NCBI GenBank assembly: GCA_004431415.1
Contig: QPMI01000482.1
Coordinates: 124,001-188,000, forward strand
DNA: 64,000 nucleotides
Reading direction: 5' to 3'
From: Cyanophora paradoxa CCMP329
Lineage: Eukaryota; Plantae; Glaucophyta
Shown here: one piece after another, positions 51,294-62,378 of the stretch
Layout: each line of letters opens with the position of its first letter
Position numbering within the stretch: the first letter of the stretch is position 1
Notes under the pieces: model-generated
Database searches by the model: none
The model's input: the letters and a program-made list of their open reading frames with translations, nothing else
What the model was told of the DNA's origin: nothing
Made by a program: the position numbers and the translations under genes

Positions 51294-52520
51294 TTAAAAG
51301 TTCGAGACTTTCAGGGTAGAGATGTTGTAGCCATTGAGGACCATAACATTGTGTCGTAGGGCATAGATGTCAACCTGAACAGGAGCCGCATCAGTGCATC
51401 CAGAAACAGTGAGATCCATGTAACTCGAGCTGCTGTTGAAGAAATCCTGGTAACCCATAACCGAGTTCCGAAGCGAATCTTTTCCGGACTTGGAAAGAAC
51501 AATTCCATAAACATTTCCAGACTCGAATCCGTAGGTGGTATTGCCCACAGTAACACCCTTGTAATGAGAGGGAATGTGATTGACAGCAGAGAGGAAACCG
51601 GAAATGGGTTTGTTAGAGATATCAAGGGAGCGATTGTTGTGGAAGATCTGGAACTGATCGATTTTAACATCCGAAACATGACCACAGAAATCAGAATGAG
51701 TGTAGGTGTTGAGTTTGTTCACCTCTCGAACAGTCATGAGAATCGAATGAACCAGACCGGAAACATTAGCAAGTGTAACCTCGACCGATTCACCAGCATC
51801 AGCAGTTTTAAGCGCTCGGGTCTTCTTGTGGATGACCTCTGTGATCGGGATGCGAATGCCACCTTGTTCGTTTGCCATCTTTAGGAGTGTCTCAGCCTCA
51901 GCCGAAGCGATGTTTACGAATTGGCAGATCAGGGAGCAATCCGCAAAGGTAACAGATCCACCGGCAGGAACTTTGACTATCCCAGCATCACGGAAATCCA
52001 CCTCAATCGTTGGCATATCCGCCAGCGTACATAATGGAAAGTAAGCATCATCCCAGAAAGCAGCGGGGATTCTAACGATGTATTCCATTGCTTCATCTGT
52101 GCTTTCACGATCTGTCTCTTTGAAGTAACCGAGAGAAGCATACATGCTGCTCATGGTAGCGTGATCATTATCGACCAGGGCGTTTACAGTGATCCAATCA
52201 CCAGGGATAATATACTTGAAACCACCATGAACGAAACGGACCTCATTAATAAAAGAAGAACCACCATTGGGGAGGGTGCAGGCTACACCACCACCAGTGG
52301 CAATCTTGAAATAGAGCGAAACACCAGCAAGGAGTTGCTTGCGAGGTAGATCAAAGTAAGCGGTATTCTTGAAGCCAAAAGTGTTGCCTCGGGGACGAAC
52401 TTGCTCGAGGAATGGTTTGTATTTGGGGTTGGTTCCGATTTGGAGACCAGGGGAAAGATAAATTTGATCGGAACCGGGAGTTACGAGGAGTTCCTTCAGG
52501 GTAGTTCCAGTGAGTGCCAT
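51294..52520 (-). CDS. Major capsid protein, module 2, 408 aa
   Basis: Colinear paralog of the module 1 MCP (roughly 60-65% identical by eye). Confidence 0.85.
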   Translation of the reverse strand: MALTGTTLKELLVTPGSDQIYLSPGLQIGTNPKYKPFLEQVRPRGNTFGFKNTAYFDLPRKQLLAGVSLYFKIATGGGVACTLPNGGSSFINEVRFVHGGFKYIIPGDWITVNALVDNDHATMSSMYASLGYFKETDRESTDEAMEYIVRIPAAFWDDAYFPLCTLADMPTIEVDFRDAGIVKVPAGGSVTFADCSLICQFVNIASAEAETLLKMANEQGGIRIPITEVIHKKTRALKTADAGESVEVTLANVSGLVHSILMTVREVNKLNTYTHSDFCGHVSDVKIDQFQIFHNNRSLDISNKPISGFLSAVNHIPSHYKGVTVGNTTYGFESGNVYGIVLSKSGKDSLRNSVMGYQDFFNSSSSYMDLTVSGCTDAAPVQVDIYALRHNVMVLNGYNISTLKVSNF

Positions 52521-52572
52521 CTCTTATGTTTAAAATACCAAAAGAAATTTTTAAAATGCTTTATTAAACAGA

Positions 52573-53472
52573 ATGACGCGTCATTACCTTAATATTGATT
52601 CTCGGGATCGGGATGATGGAACCCCAACAAACTTCACTTACAAAATTCCCCATGCAATCCAAAATGTGAGAGCCTGCAGAGTGACTAACTTTGAGATGTT
52701 CAATAACATTTACAATCTCAGCGAGAATGGAAGTTTGATTACAGGAACCTATGATGCTGGGGATGTAATTAAAACTAAGAATAACACTATTTCGAAAGGG
52801 ACATATACCTCTGATAGTTTGGTTAATCTCCTAAATGCCAAACTTGCTTCACAAGTGTATGGTGCAGCAGGAACTACCTATACTCGCCATTTTCATGTAA
52901 CCTATGATCCTGTTACCATGTTTCTAAGGTTCATGTGCGATGCAACATTTACCCTCACCTTTGGAAGTCGGATCTTAGCGAACTTCCTTGGTTTCCCAGA
53001 TCGCAGACCTGACAGTTCTGAAAATGGTTATGCTTCTGCCCTGCTCGATTCGCCAGTAACAGTTGGAGCAAATACTTATAATTACTACATTGACAGTGTT
53101 ATACCACTCGATCTTCTGTTCAATTCTTACATCCTTCTTCATGTTGACCCACTCAAAGGCAACTATGTAAGCAAGAACACCAGCGATGATAAAGCCCTTG
53201 CAAAAATTGAGATTGACCAAACGGTAGGCAGTCTACTAAAATACGATTCATCGAATAATTCCATGATATTGCATGAGCAAAATGGTTTGGTGGAAGTTGA
53301 AACGCTAAAAGTTCGTCTCACATACTGGAATGGTGTTGAAACTGATATTACTACAGATTGGTCGATGACTCTCGAACTGATTACTGAAGATGATAAAGAT
53401 CTGACGAAGAAAGCATTGAAGAATGTCATAAAAGAGTTGGAGGGACTCTACCTGCCGTTCTCACGGTCATAG
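52573..53472 (+). CDS. Minor capsid (penton) protein, module 2
   Basis: LNIDSRDRD...FTYKIP; homologous to the module 1 penton. Confidence 0.75.
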   Translation: MTRHYLNIDSRDRDDGTPTNFTYKIPHAIQNVRACRVTNFEMFNNIYNLSENGSLITGTYDAGDVIKTKNNTISKGTYTSDSLVNLLNAKLASQVYGAAGTTYTRHFHVTYDPVTMFLRFMCDATFTLTFGSRILANFLGFPDRRPDSSENGYASALLDSPVTVGANTYNYYIDSVIPLDLLFNSYILLHVDPLKGNYVSKNTSDDKALAKIEIDQTVGSLLKYDSSNNSMILHEQNGLVEVETLKVRLTYWNGVETDITTDWSMTLELITEDDKDLTKKALKNVIKELEGLYLPFSRS

Positions 53473-53508
53473 GAAATACTGTAGAATAAATTTGTCTCGA
53501 TATTACAA

Positions 53509-54153
53509 ATGGCTCGCAAGACTCAGCCCAAGAATTTCTTAGCCAAACCAGTTGAGCAAGCAGAACCAGAACGGAAACAGTTTAAGAAATCGAAAGGAAC
53601 CGCAGCATACGGAACTGGTGATCTCGATAAAAATGTCCACCAGACCATGAATGCTCACACAATTGCGCTTACTTCAAACTCAAATGATGATAATGCCCTG
53701 GTTGACCAAGTCCCACTGAACCGCATGCCCGGAGCGAAACGAGGAATCAAGAAAGGGCAGTTCAAATCATCCACGAAGGACAAGGTTGCCTCATCATCGA
53801 CACTGCTGAAACTGCTTGATGGTGGTGAGAGACTCTACTCAACCTATTCCGAGAAAGACCATCGCAACCGCTACTTTATTCGTTCAACCACACACATAGT
53901 AAAATGCGGAGTTTTAACCCTCGGCTTAATCTTAATTGATTTTGTTGATATATCTCGTATATTCTATTTCAATCAATCGATAATCTGTGTATATCTTATC
54001 GAATATTCAATTATTTCGATTATTTTGTATTCTTTTCGATATTTTATCGTAAATTTCTCTTATTTTCCGATTAGTCTTACTGAGTTAATCGATAATCTGT
54101 ATATATTTCCGAATAATATAACTGAATCTCAATTAGATCTTGCCTCTGGTTAA
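53509..54153 (+). CDS. Basic hypothetical protein; the C-terminal part reads through an inverted-repeat element
   Basis: The first ~129 aa are Lys-rich and protein-like. The rest is AT-rich repeat sequence. Confidence 0.5.
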   Translation: MARKTQPKNFLAKPVEQAEPERKQFKKSKGTAAYGTGDLDKNVHQTMNAHTIALTSNSNDDNALVDQVPLNRMPGAKRGIKKGQFKSSTKDKVASSSTLLKLLDGGERLYSTYSEKDHRNRYFIRSTTHIVKCGVLTLGLILIDFVDISRIFYFNQSIICVYLIEYSIISIILYSFRYFIVNFSYFPISLTELIDNLYIFPNNITESQLDLASG

Positions 54154-54176
54154 AACTCCGCATTTTACTATGTGTG
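53891..54176. repeat. 29-bp perfect inverted repeat with 228-bp AT-rich spacer
   Basis: CACACATAGTAAAATGCGGAGTTTTAACC (53891-53919) and its reverse complement (54148-54176). Confidence 0.9.
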
Positions 54177-54877
54177 ATTGGTCTAAAAGTTAATTGATTT
54201 AATCGATATTATATTCATGTACTTTCTCGATTAAATTTAATTAAATTTAATTCATTTAATCGGAAATATATCGCTAAACTCGATTAAGATCCATAAATGA
54301 TTCATTTGTTAATAAAACAAATCGATCTCTTATTGAATCCAATCGTAATTATACATGAAACTTATATGATTTTATCATTGTTTTGTTGAGTCTAAGGGGG
54401 GACCCTTAGGATTTTGGGTGTGACACATACCATATTCAGTAAGGACCTCTTATATTGTGAAAATCTCAGTGTTAGTTGGTGTAGTTGATTCAAAAATGCA
54501 TTTTATATTCTGATTCATTGTTATTTCCTGTGAAATTTGAGTCAACTCAACCCACTTATTCAACCCTTGTATTGAATTCGTAACAAAATCCATATACTAT
54601 TACTACTTTTACGATTAATATGAGTCAACCTTGAGTCCACTTTAATAATAGGGGGAATCTTGGGGAGATGTCATTGTAGAAAGCTATTGTAGTAAAATGA
54701 TATATTATGTCCTTTTGTTATAATAGCTGATCAATGTTATTGTTAGAAAACAAAGGAATCCTTTCACTGGGATTTTGTTTTTTACGGTTATAAAATTGTA
54801 TCTGTGGTGCATTTTGTCGAATTGCTTGTATTAAACTGTTTTGCTCTTCTATGTATTCGATCGTACTTTTATGTGAA

Positions 54878-55187
54878 GGTTACATTGATGTTTAAAAAGT
54901 TACATGGAGTTACGTGATGGGTTACGTAGATATTTTACGATTACTAAGACCATTCTCAGTGTTAAAATGGTTGATTTATCGCTATTTTGTCACTGTGAGT
55001 TACGGTTACGCAACTTTTTGAATTCTTTCTGAAAATTTGGCTGGGGGTCTTTTTATAGGTGAAGGTCTAAAACTTGCGTAACCACGTAACTTGCGTAACC
55101 TCTACGACATTGTGGTGTCATTTCTCTATACTTTTAGGTTACGTAACGTTTTTACTTACGTAACTTGTGTAACCTTAACGTAACCTT
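54878..55187 (+). repeat. GTTAC/GTAAC iteron-like dispersed repeat, copy 1
   Basis: About 190-bp conserved core GTTACGGTTACGCAACTTTTTGAATTC...TGTGTAACCTTAACGTAACCTT. Confidence 0.9.
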
Positions 55188-55429
55188 GTTATTCTTACAT
55201 TTAATCACTGTTATACTATGATATCATGATAACTAAAAATGATACATGATAATTGCTTATCTTTAACCACGTAGAGATGTTAGATGATCACAATCGAACA
55301 TCTTAAAGATCTTGCATATCTCATTTTCAGGATCGGTGACATACCATAGACGGTGTCGCTTATCAAATAAAGCGCCTTGGTTTTTAATGTATTTACGTAA
55401 TGATGCCTGGGTAAATATACGTTTAGCTT

Positions 55430-55723
55430 CTATTTCAGGTAGTTTAGTTTTATGTCACCAACGAAATATAGACGTTTCGGGCGATTATGATAATCAGGAT
55501 CGATAACGATGGGGTTTATTGTAGGAAAGTGCTTTAAGATTCTGTGAAACTTGTAGCAAACAAACCAATACCCTGTGTCATCATCGAATTTAACGCCACA
55601 ATCTTTGATATCTAATAGTGATCTGAAACAAGTATTACGGAGGTTGCTTATATCCAACATGTAAGCGCCGTAGTAATGGTGCGGCTCGTTTGTGGTGTTT
55701 CCGAAATAAATGAATTGATCCAT
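55430..55723 (-). CDS. Hypothetical protein
   Basis: 97-aa ORF with AAAATTGA 26 nt upstream. Confidence 0.5.
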   Translation of the reverse strand: MDQFIYFGNTTNEPHHYYGAYMLDISNLRNTCFRSLLDIKDCGVKFDDDTGYWFVCYKFHRILKHFPTINPIVIDPDYHNRPKRLYFVGDIKLNYLK

Positions 55724-55804
55724 TTGTAATCAGATGTTAAAAAGATTGTCAATTTTTCATAAATCCTTCTCTGTAAAGTTTTGGTTAAACAATTGGAAAA
55801 CTGC

Positions 55805-56124
55805 GGTTACACAACAGTTACACGGCGGTTACACTTGGTTACGCGGGGTTACAGGTGAGGTTACGTAGTGATTTTTCGATAAACCACACCATTTTCAGTG
55901 TGGTAATCGATAAAAATAACCATTTAGATCCATTGAGGTTACGGTTACGCAACTTTTTGAATTCTTTTTAAAAAAATGGCTGGGGTCTTTTTATAGGTGA
56001 AGGTCTAAAACTTGCGTAACCGCGTAACTTGCGTAACCTCACGAGATTTATGGTGTCTTTTTGGTATTTTTAAGGTTACGTAACGTTTTTACTTACGTAA
56101 CCTGTGTAACCTTAACGTAACCTT
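55805..56124 (+). repeat. GTTAC/GTAAC dispersed repeat, copy 2
   Basis: Same core as copy 1. Confidence 0.9.
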
Positions 56125-56274
56125 ATTATAACATCTTAAAAATGTCATCTGTTATCAAACGGTAGCGGGTGCGATACATAAGATCATGTCACGAGAAGCG
56201 ATAGGATCCGCTTGTGAAGCGATGAAAAAATGAAGCAAATTTTAAAACTTAAACAATAAGTGAGATACAGCGGA

Positions 56275-56760
56275 ATGTACAATATGAACGCGTCGGATAT
56301 CCTGACCTACATTAAGAGTATTACCCATATTCCTGTTCTCATCGATGCTGACCTATCTTTAAAGAAGGCAAACCCTAACACTATCTGTATTGTGCCGTAT
56401 GATACTAAACATCGTGCGTATTTCGAAATGTTTCGTAAAAACTCGGGATATTCACCTAATACCCGTTTCGTCTGCTTTCTTACATTAGAGACTCACTATA
56501 TTCTTGTTCCGGTTCTTACTGAAACATCGTGTAAATCGTTTATCTCTAAGATCATCTCTAAATGGTCTGCTAACCTTCCTACTGAATCTAATGAAACTAA
56601 GGAGTGCGTCATATGTCTCGATGATTGTAAAAGTAAAATACAAGTGTCTTGTTTGACATGTTTCGCCAAAATGTGCAACACATGCTATTTACAGTTGAAG
56701 AGATCAGAGAGCTTTAAATGTCCGATCTGTCGTAATGACATAAAGACGCAACGTGATTAA
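56275..56760 (+). CDS. RING-like (C4C4) Zn-finger protein, putative E3 ligase
   Basis: CVIC-x11-CLTC-x4-CNTC-x11-CPICR. Confidence 0.8.
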   Translation: MYNMNASDILTYIKSITHIPVLIDADLSLKKANPNTICIVPYDTKHRAYFEMFRKNSGYSPNTRFVCFLTLETHYILVPVLTETSCKSFISKIISKWSANLPTESNETKECVICLDDCKSKIQVSCLTCFAKMCNTCYLQLKRSESFKCPICRNDIKTQRD

Positions 56761-56771
56761 TGTAAAAATTG

Positions 56772-57035
56772 ATGGAAGATAAAAGTTTTTCTGAGCGCTT
56801 GCGCAAGGCAAGCTTAGCGTGCCGCTCTGACATGAAAGAGAAGATGAATAATGGACATTGGGTGACTTTGGCGACATTGCATAATAAGAAGATTGAGCTT
56901 ATCCATCGGGAGATTGACCTTAAACACACAAAAAGGCAAGATTATGAAAGACTACGACATGTTAAACAGTATATTGATGCAATCGATGTAATGATAGATG
57001 TAGTGAATACGATCGCTAAAATTAAGACCATGTGA
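56772..57035 (+). CDS. Hypothetical protein
   Basis: 87-aa helical ORF directly after the RING gene. Confidence 0.5.
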   Translation: MEDKSFSERLRKASLACRSDMKEKMNNGHWVTLATLHNKKIELIHREIDLKHTKRQDYERLRHVKQYIDAIDVMIDVVNTIAKIKTM

Positions 57036-57097
57036 ATTTCATCGATAGCGCAAGCGCTATTTTTATTACTTCTGTGTGCGGTTTTCAAGCTTCTGCC

Positions 57098-57364
57098 TCA
57101 ATCTGAATGTAATAACGCTACCATCATGTCGTGCCTTCCCCTTTGAATCGCTTTCGATATTTCCCTGGGTGTGTTCTCATCGAAATCAATGAATCGGGAA
57201 ACCTTCTTTTTAAACTCTCTCTGTAAATATCCGGGTAGTTGGTTGATATTACACCCATCGTTTTTCTTAACAAGGTTCTCGTAAATAATGCTACTGCGGT
57301 CATCCTGTGATAAATCGGGATTTTGAAGCTGTTCTATGAAAGCGTCGGGAATCCGTGAAGTCAT
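57098..57364 (-). CDS. Hypothetical protein
   Basis: 88-aa ORF with AAAAAATGAC about 31 nt upstream. Confidence 0.55.
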   Translation of the reverse strand: MTSRIPDAFIEQLQNPDLSQDDRSSIIYENLVKKNDGCNINQLPGYLQREFKKKVSRFIDFDENTPREISKAIQRGRHDMMVALLHSD

Positions 57365-57409
57365 TGTAGGTTACACTGTCTATTTTGGCGGGTTGTCATT
57401 TTTTGCATC

Positions 57410-57720
57410 GGTTACATAGAGGTTACAAGAAGTTACAGATGAGTTACGCAACAGGTTACGTAGATATTTTACAATTGTAAGACGATTTTCAGTGTTATAA
57501 TACAGGAGATTTAGTATTTTTAACACTGGCGGTTACGGTTACGCAACTTTTTGAATTCTTTTTAAAAAGATGGCGGGGGGTCTTTCTCAGATAAAATAGT
57601 GAAAACTTGCGTAACCGCGTAACTTGCGTAACCTCTACGAGATTATGGTGCCATTTCTCTATTATTTTGGGTTACGTAACGTTTTTACCTACGTAACTTG
57701 TGTAACCTTAACGTAACCTT
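57410..57720 (+). repeat. GTTAC/GTAAC dispersed repeat, copy 3
   Basis: Same core as copy 1. Confidence 0.9.
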
Positions 57721-57740
57721 ATTATTTAACATTGTTCTTC

Positions 57741-58277
57741 TTATTCATTTGCATATAACTTAGGTTCCAATGCTTCCATTCCGTCAAAAAATAGTTTAGT
57801 TCTACAAACTGAACACTTAGCATTCTCATGTGATTCAAGTGAAGAGAGGAAACAATTAGGACAAATAAGAGTATTGCAAACGATACAGCCTTTATTATTT
57901 ATGTTAGTGTCAATGTTTTCAAGACAGATAGGACATGTTTCATTCGGACTCTCAAAGTTTTCCCTCGCGAATGACTTAATAATGATATCTACGAACCATT
58001 TGGTGTTCTCCTCATCAAGATATGGGACTAACATGTAACGGTGTTTATATGAGAATGCAAAACGAATAGGTTGAAGGGCATGATATCCCGCCTTTTGCTT
58101 CCATGCATCAAATACCCCTTTATTCTTGCGGTTCTGTTGAATAAAGTATATAATCTGTCTTTCGTTGGCTTTCATTAAGAATTTCGTATAATTCTTATCA
58201 TTCAGTTTATCTGATGCATTGACTATGGGATATGGCGAAATAGACTGTGAAAACGTCAATATATCGTTTAAATTCAT
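57741..58277 (-). CDS. RING-like (C4C4) Zn-finger protein, paralog of 56275..56760
   Basis: CPIC..CIVC..CPNC..CSVCR. The N-domain shares DILT, GY and Y(I/M)LVP blocks with the paralog. Confidence 0.8.
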   Translation of the reverse strand: MNLNDILTFSQSISPYPIVNASDKLNDKNYTKFLMKANERQIIYFIQQNRKNKGVFDAWKQKAGYHALQPIRFAFSYKHRYMLVPYLDEENTKWFVDIIIKSFARENFESPNETCPICLENIDTNINNKGCIVCNTLICPNCFLSSLESHENAKCSVCRTKLFFDGMEALEPKLYANE

Positions 58278-58311
58278 TGGGTTGTGCTACTATCTGTTAC
58301 AGTTTCTTTAA

Positions 58312-58647
58312 TTAGCTTAGAGTTTTTTCAATGTCGAACACTCTTTTGAGAACGCCATCAATTCTTACAGCATGTGATTTAATCCCGAAAATGCGCTTAA
58401 TCACGATTCCAATCATTGTTTTTGAAATCGGAGAGCCTACAAGTTCTTCTATTTCAGCATGGATTACATCGGAAGGTGTATAATCACCGTCAGTACTTAA
58501 CCTGTAACTATTCATTAAATATGCTTCGACATCGTACATCTCATGTTGATATTTGCCCATCTCATGTTGATATTCGCCCATCTCATGTTGATATTTGCCC
58601 ATTTCCGTTTCATCCGTTACAATTTCAATGTATTCGGTGGCTTCCAT
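58312..58647 (-). CDS. Stand-alone winged-helix protein resembling the primase-helicase C-terminus; 21-bp tandem repeat (EMG(K/E)YQH x3)
   Basis: YLMNSYRL...IKRIFGIKSHAVRIDGVLKRVF versus FLRDNYAL...VMEVFKIGSTVKKVGGKSKRVY in the helicase. Confidence 0.55.
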   Translation of the reverse strand: MEATEYIEIVTDETEMGKYQHEMGEYQHEMGKYQHEMYDVEAYLMNSYRLSTDGDYTPSDVIHAEIEELVGSPISKTMIGIVIKRIFGIKSHAVRIDGVLKRVFDIEKTLS

Positions 58648-58797
58648 GTTACACTTTACTGTTACAGATCAAAAATTTGTTACAATTTTTACGGTTGATG
58701 TCCAAAAATTGACACTGTAAAACACAGAAAGGTATTTAAGGGTTTGACTTAAAAGAGAAGTGAAAGGGATATTATCTAACTCTTATATAGAGGAATA

Positions 58798-59247
58798 ATG
58801 GCGAATACTCGGAAATCAAACCAAGAGCTTTTCGCTATTCAGAATGGGGAACCTGTCCCACCGGTGGAAAGGAATATAAAGAAGGAAAAAACAGGATTGA
58901 CTGAGGAAGAACGGGAAGAAAAGGCAAGAATAAGAAGGGCAAAAGATGCGGAGAGGAAGCGTGTTAAGTATCAGGAGATGAAACAACAGAGAATCGCAAA
59001 TGGTGAGAAAACAGTTAATCCACCGGAGAGATTGGAAAAGATGGCTTTGTATATTCAGCGGCGATATGCGGAGGATGAAAAATTTAGGAATAGAAGGAAA
59101 GAGATAACGCGGAACTACCAAGAACGGAAACGCCTCGAAAAGGCTTCTAAGGTAACTGAGCAAGAGACGGCAAAGAAAGGGGGACGACCTCGTAAATACA
59201 ATACTTGTAATCCCGATGCATCATCGGAAAAAATCGTAGCGAATTGA
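58798..59247 (+). CDS. Basic coiled-coil protein with AT-hook-like GRPRK
   Basis: RRYAEDEKFRNRRKE and KKGGRPRK. Confidence 0.65.
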   Translation: MANTRKSNQELFAIQNGEPVPPVERNIKKEKTGLTEEEREEKARIRRAKDAERKRVKYQEMKQQRIANGEKTVNPPERLEKMALYIQRRYAEDEKFRNRRKEITRNYQERKRLEKASKVTEQETAKKGGRPRKYNTCNPDASSEKIVAN

Positions 59248-59425
59248 TTGGTAGGAGGTGAAAAAATGACGCTTTACTTTCTCTTTTTATAACCTAAGCC
59301 AAATCATTAAAGTGCCATGGGCAACCGAAAAGCATTTAAGGACTTGCTGAGAAGATAAGGTAAAAAGGAATTCATCAATTCCTCGGATTATTTTCTTTGA
59401 GAAAGTTAAGAACCAATCGCTGAAA

Positions 59426-62307
59426 ATGAACGCTAACACAAAAATCGCAACTCCCTGTGAGAGACTCGGTAACCTGTGCAAATTTACACCTGAAAAACAT
59501 AATTATGGGGCTTTTCTCCATTGTCTCACTCCGAATACTGACAGCGAGACTGTCATAGAGTATTTCGACCATCAGATTACGGAAAGGATTAATGATGATT
59601 TGAAGAAAGGCAAAAAACCGACCTACGCCGAATGCATTCAGCCGAACGAAATCACCCGTGTTTATCTGGATTATGACGGCTACGTAGATCTTAAACCGGA
59701 TGTTGCCGATAACTACAAGGAAGCCGATGAATTCATCCGTGAGATGCGCAACAGACTACACGAACTCACCGGTGCTACCATTGCTGTGTCCGTGCGTCAT
59801 CGTCCTATCCATTTCGTTAAGGAAGATGTGACCCAATTTAAGGTATCGGGGCATTTCGTCTTTACCGATCTGTGCTGTCGTCATGAAGACATCCCGAAAT
59901 TCTTAAATGTAATCGGACTTACGCCAAAGGTGGATTATGACCCACTCGTTTATAAGACAAGGCAGGCGCTTGTTTGTCTGGGTAGTTGCAAGGGTAAATG
60001 GTTGGATTCCCAAAACAAGACTAAACGCGATGTTGATAAGGATGTAGTATTTACCAAATTCGTGGATTGTGAAACCATGTATGACAGCGACTTTTTCGCG
60101 CAATTCACGGATTGCCCCACTGTGCTTATCGATGAATCAAACATGTATATGTTTGATGCTAACCTAACCCAAGATGAGAAAAACGAACGGTCGGCAAAGG
60201 CGGAAGTTGCAAAAGAGCAAATGAAGGAGGAAGGCAAGACTGAAACCAAGAAGGAGACGACCAAGAAGGAGACGACCAAGAAGGAGACCACAACAAAGAA
60301 GAAGGAGACGGCGACGACAAGCAAAAAAACAACAAAGAAAACGGAGAGTGAAGAGCAGCCGGAGGAGTCTAATAACGTTTCATTTGAGAAACTGAGAGAA
60401 GTCGTGATGGGTCTTAGTGCTGAAAGATCGGATACATACGAAGGTTGGCTTAATGTTGGTTTCGCAATCGCGAATGTTGGAGAGGAAAACAATATACCAC
60501 CCACGAAACAGGAGGCGCTGTTTCACGAATACTCCGAGAAAAGCCCTAAGTATGATTATGATGAATGCGCGAACAAATGGATGAGTATCCGCAAAGGCAA
60601 AAAATCCGGTTCCGAAAACAAAACTATAACTTTCGGCTCACTTGTGCATTATCTGAGAGAGGATAACCCGGACACGTATTATGGACTGTTTAAACCAAGC
60701 CGACAGTTTGCATTTATCGATGAGGAGGTGTGTATGGATGAGAATGACTATTCCGATGTTAGCGCCATGAATGATAAGATGGCTCAAATCAAATTAGAAA
60801 TGGATAAGACGCTATTAAGTCAAGGTCTCCCACTTCCTGTTAGCAAGATCTGTAAAGCATTAATTGGCTACAAAGTGCGGTTTTCACGTGGTCTGTGGTT
60901 GATCCTGAATGAGAAAACCGGATTTTGGAAGGTAGATAATAAGTATGATGGTGGTATGATAACTCTTATCGGTGAGGTTGTCGGGAAAGCATACTTAGAC
61001 CGGGAGAACCATTGGGCTACCAAGGCGGCAAAGGCGGAGGAACAGAGCGATAAAAAGGAATTCGCAGTAAAGGCAGCCGCCTGTGCAAAAATTGCGCAAA
61101 AACTTAACTGTGGAGGTTACACGAAAGGACTTCTTACATATCTCTCTCATGACCTTTACGATGAGACATTTGCCGATAGGTTGGATTCAGTCGCGAATGT
61201 TGTTGGCTTTGACGATGGCGTTTATGATCTTAACACGTTTGAGTTCCGTAATGGTCGTTCTTCTGATATGATGACTAAGACAGTCTGTTATAACTATGAT
61301 ATTCCGGTGGATCCTGAGAAGGTCAAACGACTCAATGACTTCTACATGGATATCACAGGTGACAATGTCGAACTTGCAAGATACATTAAGGCTGTTTATG
61401 CCAAGTCTCTAACGGGTAAAAATAACATGCAGTTTTTCTATATGTTTACGGGTATCGGCTCGAACGGAAAGAGCGTAATCGAAAATTTCATGCATAAGAC
61501 ATTTGGCGACTACTCACGAAATATGAGCATTGGGATTTTCACGAAGGAGGATAAAGGTAATGGAATGATTCCGGAACTTGCGAATAAGCAAGGTGTTAGG
61601 CTCGTCCATACAAACGAACCAAACACGGTAGCAAACTGTTGGCGGGACAAATCAAGAATTTCACAGGTTGTGATGAGATCACAGTAAGAACCCTTTTCAA
61701 AGAACCAATTTCATTTGCTCCGATGTTTGTTATCGTCATCCTCTGTAATAATAACCTCGAATTTGATCAGCCCGACAATGCAGTAGCGCGCCGCTTCCGT
61801 TCTGTTCCATTTCAGCAGGTCTATGCCGTCGAACCTAAGCCCGGACAGAAGAAAGCGGATAAAGACCTTACCGGGTTGTTGAATCCCGATAATGACGTAA
61901 ATGGTGAATGGCGCAGGGCAAACATGGAGATTCTCATAGACATGCTTAAAAACCATGATGTTAATCATATAATCGACCATCCGCCCCAATGCATCCTCGA
62001 ACATTCCGCTAATTATCTCGCGGACAGCGACCGTATCGGCACATTCCTAAGGGACAACTACGCTTTGGCGGAGGATAACACGAAATACATAATATGTGAC
62101 GATCTGTTTAAGGATTGCTCAAATACGATGAGAGATGTTGATAGAAGAGCAGCGATAACAGGACGAGCTGTAAGCAATAAGGTGATGGAGGTGTTTAAGA
62201 TCGGCTCGACTGTAAAAAAGGTTGGTGGAAAATCGAAGCGTGTTTATCTCGGTCTCACAAAGAACCGCGCTAACGATTTTGAAGACGATGACGAAGATGT
62301 GGAATAA
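59426..62307 (+). CDS. AEP primase + PriCT-2 + D5-like SF3 helicase; frameshift near 61627
   Basis: RVYLDYD, KVSGHFVF, DPLVY, YEGWLNVGFAI...SPKYD...TITFGSL (PriCT-2), GFDDGVYDL (D5_N), Walker A GIGSNGKS, TNEP, LCNN and AVARRF. Confidence 0.92.
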
Positions 62308-62378
62308 AACTTATTGGAAAATATACTATTGATATCTTTTTTATGATCATGAACCGTAAGACTCGGTTCTTAATAGAA

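Noticed and set aside
38827-52950. Real tandem duplication giving four capsid modules
   Set aside because: The copies differ almost only by single-base deletions concentrated in the first copy, and the junction is garbled. This is most consistent with a low-coverage long-read misassembly. Read depth would decide.
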